DNA from: Nemertoderma westbladi
Lineage: Eukaryota; Animalia; Xenacoelomorpha
Length of the DNA: 45,857 nt
Assembly: GCA_032718475.1 (NCBI GenBank)
Contig: JAUCBJ010007059.1
Span: 1 to 45,857 of the forward strand
Direction of reading: 5' to 3'
The position numbers were made by a program, and so were the translations under genes. Each line of letters opens with the position of its first letter. Position 1 is the stretch's first letter. Positions 10,746 to 21,327 of the stretch are shown here, piece after piece. A model generated the notes under the pieces. That model worked only from the letters and a program-made list of their open reading frames with translations. It was not told the origin of the DNA and made no database searches.

Positions 10746-12283
10746 TACACGCCCGACGTGTTTACATTAATAGCACCCGTATTGGAAACGGAATTAATTT
10801 GTTCGTTCGAAATAAAATCATTTGAATTATCTTGCGCGACTACACTATCTGAATTATTTTGTAAATTCGGGCTCGCTGAATTATTTAAGTTATTTGGATT
10901 ATTTTGTGTTATTGCATTACTTAAATTATTTTGTAAGTTCGAATTTGGGTTATTACTTTGATTAGTTGGATTATTTTGCGTAGCTACATTAATATTAGAA
11001 TTATTTTCTACATTAATATTGGGAATGTTCTGATTTAAATTTAAATTACTACCACTAGGTAAAGTATTTCCTGCAATAAAGGTTTGATTAGAATTGTCCC
11101 ATACGGTACTATTAATATTAACCACGTCTACTGTACCATTATCATTATTACCCCCCCCCCCCCCCCCCCCCCCCCGCCCGTACGGTCACACCAGTTTTGA
11201 GTCTGTCGTGCGGTCCCTGTAAGTGGGGTATTAATAAATGTATCCACGGCCCCCGGCTCCTCAAAAATACTCGAGCCAGCCTCGCTCTCAGACTCCCCCA
11301 TCTGTGCCAGTTCCACCTCACGCGTGTGTACAGCTTCATACTCTACGAGTTTGTCTCGCTGTTTCTCCAATTCTTTTCGCTCACGCTCCACTTTTGCTAT
11401 TTTATCCATAGCCTCCCGTTCGGTCTGCTTGGCCAATTCCACCTCTCTCCTAATCCCCTCCCTTCGCCTCGCCTCACGCGCTCTACGCTCACTCTCCTCC
11501 CTCACTTCACGCTCTCTGCGTTCACTTTCCTCCTTCGCTTCACGCTCTCTGCGTTCACTTTTCTCTCTCGCCACACACTCTTCTTGTTCCTTCAACTCTA
11601 TTTCATCATACTCCCTAAGGCTCCTCACGGCCCTTTCGGCCCTCTCTCTTATCTCTCCCATCGACGCCATTTCCCTCTCCAGCAGCACTCTCCCTTCCTC
11701 TAGCCATCTACCTACTTCTCTATTACCTTGCACTGCTAGATTGAGACGATACCTAGCGTCTATCTCTCTCACCCGTCTTTCTTTTGCGGAGGATGTAGCA
11801 GACTTATCGGTTGTGGAGGATTCCCTCCGCCTTCCCGATCTACTAGCTTTCCCCCTCCTCCCGGAACTCCCTCCGACCGACGAGACCGAATCCGCGGGGT
11901 CAGCCTCGGATTCGCCCTCCTCAGGTCTGTTCCAACCCACTAATTTTACTCCCCGGGCATCGACCAAGTATGGCCCTATGTACACTGACGCTCCACTAGG
12001 TTCCATACTCCCACATTCCCATAGTTCAAATAGTTCGCTGGCAACCCCTTTTGCTCTCTCCTCGGCTAGTTCCCTCTGCCCAAAACGCATTAGGTAATTA
12101 AAGTGTCTATCCGACTCACCTAGTCTTTTCCTCAGTCTCACCTCGTCTATCTCCGCCCCTTCCTTCTTAGCGTCCTTTAGTAGTCTTTGGGTCGCGTTGT
12201 AGGCCCGTCGGAGTCGATCAGAAACCCCGACGTCCTCGTCGCCGATCTTTCGTCCGTCTCTCCGGGTCCGACGTCGTACCGGC

Positions 12284-12457
12284 GGCCCCACCGTCGCCGT
12301 TTCGGCGGGCCGCTCGTCGCCCTCGGCCTGTGGCTGGCCGGCGACATTGGTACCGATATCTCGTTCGTCTCTCTGCGTCCGGGGCCGCACCGTCGGCCCC
12401 ACCGTCGCCGTTTCGGCGGGCTGCTCGTCGCCCTCGGCCTGTGGCTGGCCGGCGACA
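12284..12457 (-). repeat. Duplicated ~63-bp coding segment, 111 bp apart
   Basis: VAGQPQAEGDE(Q/R)PAETATVGP occurs twice. Confidence 0.85.
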
Positions 12458-12830
12458 CCGGTGCGTCGACCCCCATCCCATGTCGACTCGTCTCCGTCTC
12501 CCTCCGTCTCGCCCTCTCTTTCTCTCGTTTCGACCTCGGGTTCCAGGCCCCCCTCGTCCTGAACTGCCGGATGACCCGTTATCGATGGGTCCGGCGTTGT
12601 GGGCCTGTATCGCCTGGTTGCGGCCTCGCGGATCGTTAGGTCTTCGTCCGGGGTCCGCGTCGGTGTCGTGTCACCTGACTGACTCATCTCTCTTGTGCAG
12701 ATTTCGGTGGCTAGTGGTTGAGTTTATCTAGGGCGGCAGCTGGTTTGGTTACTGCCGAAGGGTTTAGTTACTGTGACGGGATCCAAGAGGGATCCCGGTT
12801 TATCCGGTTTTAGTTCACGCGTCCCCGCCG

Positions 12831-13327
12831 TGTATAAAGAGTGAAATGAGTTCTGATGTTGTTTGTCGTATATAATATAATATGTGGATATAGATATAGA
12901 TATAGTATGAGATAATATTGTCGTATACGGAAGGCGGGATACGGTAACTAAAGTCCCGGTCCTTCCCTAACTAAAACTATGTAATAACCTAACTAGCACC
13001 GGTATTGCACTGAGATAACTGAATTGGTATTATTACCGCCAAGTGGCTATATTGCACGGTTGGCCTTGTTACTCTACCTAATCGATGCCTTTCCCCCCTC
13101 TGATTGGTTGATACCCTTGTTGGCGCCCTTTGGAGTGTTCCCGTTCACTCCACCTATTCTCTCTGGGTTAGGGGTTTGGCCCCTGACCCTCTTTGTGTGC
13201 TTCCTTCCCACTCTTATTGGGATGGCACGAGTTGGTTAATTATCCAACCTCGTGGCTCCCAATATTGCTTATCGGCTTATAACTTTATGGGGTGTTAGCG
13301 GGATTGGATAAGCTAACACTTTGAACA
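12831..13327 (-). repeat. Candidate 5' LTR of the BEL element
   Basis: On the minus strand it starts TGTTCAAAG and ends TTTATACA, followed by CGGCGGGGACGCG (PBS position, not a canonical TGG) and two stem-loops (12777-12797, 12734-12757) before the gag ATG. There is no second copy in the window, so the boundaries are unconfirmed. Confidence 0.45.
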
Positions 13328-13600
13328 TTTCTTTTGATATTGTATGTGATATACAAGTATATTCGTCATGTAGCCCAGTTTCATAAAAATAAAAATTGGC
13401 CTCACGAGCACTCAACCAGAGTGCTCCTGTTTAGCTAGGATGTCCGGTTTATGTTCATTACATATTTTCACTAAAACGTGTATGTTCCTTGTATTACAGT
13501 TAAATGTTTCCATTTTAGTTTCATTTTATCCTGTTCCTTTCTATCAATTGGTTCGTAGGTTGGGAATTCGTTCTTAAGATTGGATAGGGTTGTAGGTGAT

Positions 13601-14920
13601 TTAAAAGCGGTATCTTCGTTCCAGATGAGTAATGTTCCTCAGGTGCAGTGATATGTGTCTCGGATTTGTCTGAATCATATCTTCTGGGTGGAGGTTTATT
13701 TGTTCAAGCCAGTAATAGTCATCATCGAATGTTTCTGGTTTGACTGTAGTTTTATTTGTCTTGTTCCCACTTGTTTTATTTTGGTTATGGTTTATATATT
13801 CAAGCCAATAGAACTGGTCTCTCAGATAATTTATTTGGTGACTATTTGAGTTAGAACTGCCATATGGTTTTGCTGATTTACTGCTTGGAGAGATTATGGT
13901 TGCAACACTGGCTCCTTTTGGCCACAGGTGAGGTTTTTGGAAAGCAACGTGATGTACTGCCTCGATGGTGACTTTAGCTTCCTTTTCTGTTCCCCTTTGA
14001 TCCATTATCGTAATATTTATCGGCATGTAGCCTATTTGCTTGTAGCAAAATTGAGATAAAGCAGTCGTAGAAGTGGTTGGAGGAAGACCATTTATTTGGA
14101 GAGTAATAGTTTCTGTTGTATTCATTAGTAGTTCATTAGACTTGCATTATGGTAGTTATGTATTTGATTTAGATCCAGTGGGTAATTTGTACTTATCATG
14201 ACATGGTTGTATTGTTTGTTCTTCTAATATCTTATGTAGGAGAGAGTTTTTTTGTACTGTCAGTTTCTCTATGGCTTTGGCATCATCTAAGGCACTGTAA
14301 CGATTTGCTTCTACTGAAGATGGTAGTATGGTTGAGCTAGATTCCTTTTTAGGTGATTTGCGAGAGTTATTTCTATTTGTTGCTTCTTGCCATGTCGAGG
14401 AGCAATTTTGAAGTACTTCTTCTATCGTATCAGGGTTAGATACTGATATACTAGCTAGCTAGATGGTGTAGAGTTTGTATGCCTATTCTTTACGTGTTTC
14501 GGAAGTTTTTTCTTCTTTGTTTTTTTCTTATGTTTCAATGGTGAGCTTTGTTCTGTTGCATTGGGTTTATTGGTAGAAATTAGGATATTGACTTTGATTC
14601 TCAAGGTTTTGGATTGTGTTGATGTGTGTTTTGCATTGCGTAGATAGTATTTTTACTTCAATTTGCAACGTGGTAACCAAGTTTATTAGCTCCATCAGTC
14701 CATAAGCGTCAGTACTGCTTGAGTTTATATGTTTTTTGAAAGTATGGGTTAGTGCCTTGGACTCAAAAACAATTGCAAATTCTACTACATCGGCTGCAAG
14801 CTCGTCTATTGATTTTCTGTTAATTGTTGTGCATTTGAGGCCAGCCTTTTCACCTATAATATTGTTCAGGATTTCTGTAAATAGTATCACATTGGATCTT
14901 AAGAAGGAAATCAAAACCAA
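13601..14920 (-). pseudogene. Degraded non-LTR retrotransposon ORF1-like sequence (coiled coil plus RRM-like domain with WP.G..V motif)
   Basis: LQINGLPPTTST...AKVTI...KPHLWPKGASV resembles the C-terminal motif of the LINE ORF1 at 34941-35100 (YKISI...PETWPSGVCV). Upstream 117-aa heptad-rich fragment. Confidence 0.45.
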
Positions 14921-15269
14921 GTTCCTTTATTGTGCGTATAAGGTCATCTTTAGGTTTCTGCAAAAAGGAAAGAGAAAGGAAAGGCAGAAAAGGCGTGTTG
15001 AGCGAAGTGCAGCTACACATGCACTTGCGTCGTCTTTACTTCTTAGGTGATCAGGTAGAGGATGGCCAATTAGTCTGCTATTTGCATCATGGTTATTCAT
15101 TTTTTGATCATTACTTGTTGCTCCTATTACAATGTCCTTGGAAGAATGTGCTTTTGCGAGTGCATATAGGCACACATAGATTCCACAATCGTGGCCATTT
15201 TACTGTTTTGAAAATACTTTTGGAGCAACTGTTACTGCCCAAATGGTATAAGCTCCAGGAAGGGTATAA

Positions 15270-15870
15270 GCTCCAGGGATGGCTTGCTTGAGCATGTGGC
15301 TGACTTCTGCTACTTGGCATCATGGATCTGAAAGTCAGATGTGATAAGACCGTCGAAAGATACAAAAGTGGAAGGTATGGGCAGCGTTAAATAGTCTGTC
15401 CAGGATTACGAAGTCCTTACGGTTCGATTATATATGGCAGTATTAGTACATGTACTCTTACATGGGAGTCAATACTTAAGCTCTAACTGCAGAGGATACA
15501 AAATCTCTGGTTGGCACTTCCAAAAAAATGCTGCGCCAGGTTCATTACGTCCAAGTACAATGAACACATCTCCAATCAGACTATATACAACATTGGGGGT
15601 GTTTCATTAGTAACCCCCAGCTTGACACTTAAACGGATCCGCCTCCTCTCTGCAGGACATTGCTTTCACCGTGTGACCAGCCAGGAGTGCATTATCTTGT
15701 CCTTTGGCGGCCCCATGATGGAGTGAATAAGCATGGTGGACAGCCCATTACTGTCTTGAGACGCATCTTAAAATTCGCATTGAAGATGCGGATGATCTAG
15801 TAAATGTCATGGGTGATACGGAGTTCTGCTGGTGCAATTTTGACGACAAGCCAGCACAGTGCACTCTTAA
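15270..15870 (+). mobile_element. Heavily degraded 3' fragment of an RTE-like LINE
   Basis: Broken frames give LEHVADFCYLASWI, WAALNSLSRITKS, VLLHGS, HISNQTIY, RIRLLSAGHC, colinear with the RTE ORF at 44118-45230 (VDDFQYLGSWI, WVALSKMDTIWKS, VFLYGG, HMTNAELY, RRLRFSGHC). Confidence 0.75.
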
Positions 15871-15964
15871 TATAAATGTATGTAGGCCTAATATATATAA
15901 TGCAGCTAAAATGCAGCATGCTGATAGTAGTATAACTCTATCGCGCTATTTGTCTTTCTAACAG

Positions 15965-16055
15965 GAGCTGTTGGATATCCTTTGTTTTGGGGTGAAATAC
16001 TGGGTGCCATCTCCTTGCCCACTCTAAACCAAGCCGTCAGCAACGGAAAAATTAG
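15965..16055 (+). CDS. Internal exon of glycosyltransferase paralog 1 (GAVGYPLFWGEILGAISLPTLNQAVSNGKI)
   Basis: ttctaacAG| ... |GTgagt boundaries; 91 bp, same length and phase as, and clearly homologous to, exon 45648-45738. Confidence 0.88.
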
Positions 16056-16619
16056 GTGAGTCTAATTTTTCCTAATGGTAGACAACAATTCTACAGTATC
16101 AAGTTCGTGATAACTTATTTCAGAATTTATTTTGGAAATTTTAATAGAAAAAATACTGTATATTATATTGTTCTATTATAAGTATTAAAGGACGCCTTGT
16201 CAGGACCCCCCCCCCCCCCCCCCCCCCCCTCCTAATTATTAAAAAATTGAACAGTATGACATACAGTACTGTAGTATAAAATTTGATATATGTATAATTT
16301 GTCCTCCGTGCTGGGTAAGTCATGATATTTATTCACTATTAATTAATTAAAATAATTTGAAACAAGTATCTTCGTCAATATAATCTGTATTTATTCATCA
16401 ACCCTTGGCATACAGTGCTGTGGTTTTAATTAAGTTTTAAGGTCTAATTAATATGTTTGATTGTCAGCGATACTGGTTTATTGTTGTATTGTTTATTCTA
16501 CAATCATTATACTATTAATTAATTGACTTCTTGGCTGACTGTACTACTTGAAGATTGGCCAAAATGCAGCAATTCAACGGCAACCAACAAACGCGGCTGG
16601 AATCCCTAGATTCAAACCC

Positions 16620-17310
16620 CATCATATAATACGACTCTATTACCGATGCAAGCGAGATGAGAACAAAACGATTTCGAGTTAGTAGCGGCGGACGTCCTTG
16701 CCACATACCGACAACTCAGATGATAGACCAGTGTTAACCCAAGACAATCTAAATAACTTATTATTAATTCCTTCAGTCCTCGAAAGAATTCGAGAATCTA
16801 AAGTTGAGATGGCAGCCTTGGAGCAGAAGGTTGAAACAAATTGAAGGGTAATAACACGTAGACAGGTTGATTTAGAGCGGGAATGGCCCTGCAAGATAAT
16901 ATTTATTCGCAACGTTCCTGAACAGTACAATGAGGATGCAGGGACGTCAGCAATACACTTCTTCAAAGGGTGCTTGGAATCGAAATAACGCCAGACGACA
17001 TTGAGAGAGCATTGAGACAAGGAAGAGTTATGAGAGATCGCTGTTGACCAATCAAGGTTGAGTTTTCCAGGTCAAAACTCAAGTTCCGAGTATTAGATGC
17101 TATGAAAAAGTTTGCGGGTACACAATATAATATTCACGATGACTTCCTTCCAGAGATGCGAAAGCAGCGCGATATTCTATTTTGTTTAGCGAGAGAGGCT
17201 AATAACAAATGGTTGTCTGGGAACAACCTGCATTTGGGTTCCACATTTATCCATGGATGGGATATTGATGTGTGTCCAGATATATCTGTTGATCAATGGC
17301 ATTGTTGCTA
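16620..17310 (+). pseudogene. Degraded L1/CR1-type ORF1-like (coiled coil + RRM + CTD) relic
   Basis: Fragments MAALEQKVE..QVDLERE..IIFIRNVPEQYNED...FFKGCL and PIKVEFS..K..VL..MKKFAGTQYNIHDDF..EMRKQR..L, with stops and frameshifts. Confidence 0.6.
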
Positions 17311-18030
17311 GCGCTAGACATACCGGTAACACACCTTACAGCTAACCTCTAAACAATGTACAAAACCATATTGGACAAGGTATTCCAACCAAGCCACCTT
17401 TAGTTAGGCCTACATTATTGTATACTGGTATGCAGGGGAAATTAAATTCGGCAGCCGTCGCTACACCTAGTTCTGAAATAATAGCTGTGAGTCTGCCCAA
17501 CCAAAGAATGTCCGAGCTTCACTACAACTACACCAACCAGACCCGATACAACCCTACCTCCCAACGCTACCAACCTCCGGCACCTCCACCAACACATCCC
17601 CTGCATGTCTATAGTCCTGAAACATAATTCATGTTAACAATTGTTTTGTGAATAGCGACCAGCCCTTTCACTACAGAATTTACAGAATGTAAAATTCCAT
17701 GTATGTATGTTGGCGAATGTAATCAATATATATCTCAATATATATCTAGCAACATGAAAGACTAAACCATGCTAAGATTTTAGCTATGGGAGTTTTCCTG
17801 GTCGCTGATTTAATTTCTGAAAAATTTTCATAGAATACCTGCATATCTATTGTAGGTCCTTTTTGCCAAAGTCTTAGACCTAGAACTACATACTAGGTGG
17901 CACTAATGATCCTTAAACATGATATACAGTATTTTACATATAAAAGCCACAAAATTGATACAATTTTTCGAAAAAAACAGACCTGCGCAAGAAGTGTCAT
18001 ATTTTTCGAACAAACTGGTTTACGAAGCTA

Positions 18031-18088
18031 TCCAAACTCTGTTTTCCAAACTCTGTTTTCCAAACTCTGTTTTCCAAACTCTGTTTTC
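18031..18088. repeat. 15-bp tandem repeat x4
   Basis: (tccaaactctgtttt)n. Confidence 0.9.
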
Positions 18089-18280
18089 ATAGTAAAAGAC
18101 AATATAGATAATTATTTTAAAATTTCTTAATACTAAATTTATAAATAAAAAAAATAGATTTGGGGTAACGGTAATTTGTTATTAATTTGTCTTTTAATTA
18201 ATCTTTAATTAATCACTATTAATCCAAACTATTGAAGTGTAGAAAGTAATTGTTAGAATTTGAATCAAATTATTTTCTAG

Positions 18281-18512
18281 GTATCATGCAGTATCCGGCA
18301 GCGAGGAGTGCCTCCAGTACTCACTTGGAGATCTCTATAGTAACGGGTTCAAACTTTCGGTAATGAAACCCACCGACGTCATAGTGTTTCACACTGGCGG
18401 CCGTTACCATGGGTTACTGGAACTTGAAATCCTCTCCAAGTTGGATGGACTGATAACTTTAATCAAATTTTCACTACATAAGTGTGCAATTAAACATTGT
18501 CTTGTGTCATAA
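18281..18512 (+). CDS. Probable terminal coding exon of glycosyltransferase paralog 1
   Basis: tattttctAG acceptor. Phase matches the previous exon (AG|G = Arg). Open for 77 codons (YHAVSGSEECLQYSLGDLY...VIVFHTGG...HCLVS*) in a more GC-rich island within AT-rich flanks. Confidence 0.65.
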
Positions 18513-19111
18513 AATGGCAAAAATTACTTCAAAGTTACCAACATGTATGACGTCGTCGATGATTTGATATGTAGTTAACTTCAGAGGTGATGTAATACAA
18601 ACAACAACATAAAATAGCAAAATAAAAGAAAATAATAATGACGTCATAGATGACGTTATGGATGCCAACATAGAATATGAAACATCTTAGAATATCAATC
18701 TTTTTAGAATCAAAAAGCAATAAGGCAATGCCTTCTGTCAATTACCTGTATTTACCTAATTATAGTGAACGTTGTCGAATACAAGAAAAAATAAAAAAAA
18801 GGATATAAAGTCTTTATATCCAGATGCAATTATACCATGCTTCTTTCTTTAAACCCTCCACCGTCCACGGCTGGTAAAGGGTAGCGAGATATACAGTAAC
18901 ACAACCCCTACATTATCTACGGAAGCCGTTTAACGGACGTACTGTAACACAAGCACACGGAATTTCATAAATATCTGAGACAAAATTTGTCATCATTTTT
19001 TAGAACAATTTGATGTGATGTCATAGTTTTTTTGTGATTTTCAGAGCTCAAAATATTATTTTTCTCAAAATTGGTCGAAAAACATTTTTCGGCGCACTTC
19101 TGTTTGTTTCT

Positions 19112-19285
19112 GTCCCTCATTAATGTTTGTGTCCCTCAGTAATGTTTGTGTCGCTCATTAATGTTTGTGTCGCTCATTAATGTTTGTGTCCCTCATTAAT
19201 GTTTGTGTCCCTCAGTAATGTTTGTGTCCCTCATTAATGTTTGTGTCCCTCATTATTGTTTGTGTCATTCATTAATGTTTGTGTC
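19112..19285. repeat. 19-20-bp minisatellite, ~9 copies
   Basis: (gtccctcattaatgtttgt)n. Confidence 0.9.
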
Positions 19286-19289
19286 TGAC

Positions 19290-19680
19290 CCATCTTTTAA
19301 TCAGTATACCTACTTTAGAATTTGTTTACCTATCACCAACAGTGGGATGCGAGTCTTAAAGGGTCGTATATGCATGCAATATACGAAACGCAACCCCTCT
19401 TTGTGTGTATATCGTGTCCTTCATACGTGAACTGATATTCTAACGTGTCGGTTTCCCTGTTCCATATTATTCCTATAATTCTCTGCTCTGCCTGATACCT
19501 TTTGTCTGCAACCAGTTCCTCTGTAAAGTTCAACAGTACCAGTTTGCCTTCTCTGTGGTTCCCTCCTGTCCTGTGATTTTATCCATTGCCTCCATGAATT
19601 CCATCGAATTTGATTTAAACTTGGTAAGATTATCCGGATCCTTTCATTATCTCACAAACTTCGAGCACCTTTCTTAGCTC
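19290..19680 (-). mobile_element. Relic fragment of a related BEL/Pao pol
   Basis: GIIWNRETDTLEYQFTYEGHDIHTKRGCVSYIACIYDPL matches GIVWDRKTDELKYQLSQEGADIHTKRGYVSYIARIYDPL at ~6440-6550. Confidence 0.85.
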
Positions 19681-20005
19681 AGTCAGTCAGTAGCTGTAAT
19701 ACCGCTTGTATATCTATATTTAATTTTGTGATCCTAGTCATATTTTTTACACTGATGCTAATCCCTAAACAGGGCATACCTCGATATTTGGGCTATGTCC
19801 TATGGGGACGACGAACTTACGAAACTACCGGGTCTGAAATATTCGCTGGGGCCGGGTTTAAGCTGGGTTTTAATAATGCCGGGGTTATTAATATTAATAT
19901 TGATCAAATTATGCTCAAAGGTTTTCAAATACACAACAATATGTTATAGGGGCCTATAAATAAAGAAAATGGTATAAAGTTGTTATATTATAACAATAAT
20001 AAAAT

Positions 20006-20401
20006 AGGCATGATACTTTGCCAATGAATTAATTTTTTCAGAAGTTCTTCATGACATCATAATTTATGGTCGACCATATATTTATTATTAATTTAATTAT
20101 TATTTATAATAACCTTGTAGGGCGAGGCCATTCATTAGTTACCATTCGGGCGTGGGCGAGGCCTTTCATTGGTTACTTTAAGTAATTCCATTCAAATAAA
20201 CGTGCAATTGGATGTTTTCCCACTACCGTAACCAATGAATGGCCAGTCAATATCTCGCCCTAAAAGGAACCGGGAAATTCAAACTTCTAGAAATAATTTA
20301 TGGTCGATCAAATATTAATTTATGGTCGACCATAAATTATGACGTCATGGAGAACTTCTGAAAAACAAAATAATAATTAATTAATTTGCAAAGATCAGCC
20401 T
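20006..20401. mobile_element. MITE-like element with ~80-bp imperfect TIRs
   Basis: Left aggcatgatactttgc...tcagaagttcttcatgacatcataatttatggtcgaccata is the reverse complement of the right arm (~20315-20401); internal palindrome ttatggtcgaccataa. Confidence 0.7.
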
Positions 20402-20562
20402 CAGCCTCCGTAGCATGATGAAAAATAAATATTTTTTCTAAATTTATTTCCATGTGAATGTACTGTATGGTGGCCGCTGACAGCCTGAGTGGCCACTATT
20501 GTAATATTTCTATTGTTTCTCCGACTTTTGAAAGCTCGTTCGAATGGGTATGTGCTAAAATG

Positions 20563-21192
20563 CACAACGAGCAACAATGAGCAACAACGAGCAACAATGA
20601 GCAACAATGAGCAACAATGAGCAACAATGAGCAACAACGAGCAAAAATGAGCAACAACGAGCCACAATCAGCAACAATGAGCTACAACGAGCAACAATGA
20701 GCAAAAATGAGCAACAACGAGCCACAATCAGCAACAATGAGCTACAACGAGCAACAATGAGCAACAACGAGCAACAATGAGCAACAACTAGCAACAATGA
20801 GCAACAACGAGCAACAATGAGCAACAACGAACAACAATGAGCAACAACGAGCAACAATGAGAGACAAATGAGCAACAATGAGCAACAACTAGCAACAATG
20901 AGCAACAACGAGCAACAATGAGCAACAACGAGCAACAATGAGCAACAATGAGCAACAACGAGCAAAAATGAGCAATAACGAGCCACAATCAGCAACAATG
21001 AGCTACAACGAGCAACAATGAGCAACAACGAGCAACAATGAGCAACAACTAGCAACAATGATCAACAACGAGCAACAATGAGCAACAACGAACAACAATG
21101 AGCAACAACGAGCAACAATGAGAGACAAATGAGCAACAATGAGCATCAATGATCCACAATGAGCAACAATAATGACGACACACAACAATGAG
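20563..21192 (+). repeat. 10-bp satellite (GAGCAACAA[T/C])n, left arm
   Basis: Direct inspection. Confidence 0.97.
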
Positions 21193-21327
21193 ACTGAAAT
21201 AAGGTAAACTGATAAATATTTGTATAGGCCTACCGGTCCTGGTATATGAGTATTGTGCAACATCTTGATGACATTGCGGGTATGGCAGCATTATTTATTA
21301 AGTTCTTGGTTGGGAATTTATTTATAT

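Larger units (their letters stand above)
10238..12687 (-). pseudogene. Long N-terminal extension of the BEL Gag: low-complexity, R/E coiled-coil, Asn-rich and repeat regions; frameshift at the C25 run 11151-11175
   Basis: ORF 11128-12687 joins the frame of ORF 10238-11125 if the G25 run has 23 or 26 bases (reads GGG..GNNDNGTVDVVNIN). ORF 10238-11125 is in frame with pol across a single TGA. Confidence 0.75.
1..13327 (-). mobile_element. BEL/Pao LTR retrotransposon with an additional 3' ORF; 3' end and 3' LTR run off the left edge of the window
   Basis: Domain order Gag-PR-RT-RNaseH-IN with BEL-diagnostic motifs (FYVDD, FSDAS..AYG, PKLEL, WTDS, NPADLLSRG, GVDMFGP, SDNGTNF, C-terminal W..W..EYLP.L). 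No copy of the candidate 5' LTR occurs between pol and position 1, so the element is inferred to continue leftwards. Confidence 0.9.

Noticed and set aside
175-12731. Numerous plus-strand ORFs over the BEL element (e.g. 4275-4994, 7218-7868, 11324-12097)
   Set aside because: They are antisense shadows of GC-rich coding sequence with no recognisable motifs.
15040-15260. Kinase-like snippet (YMHSQKHIL) on the minus strand
   Set aside because: Too short, lacks HRD and DFG, and is embedded among LINE relics.
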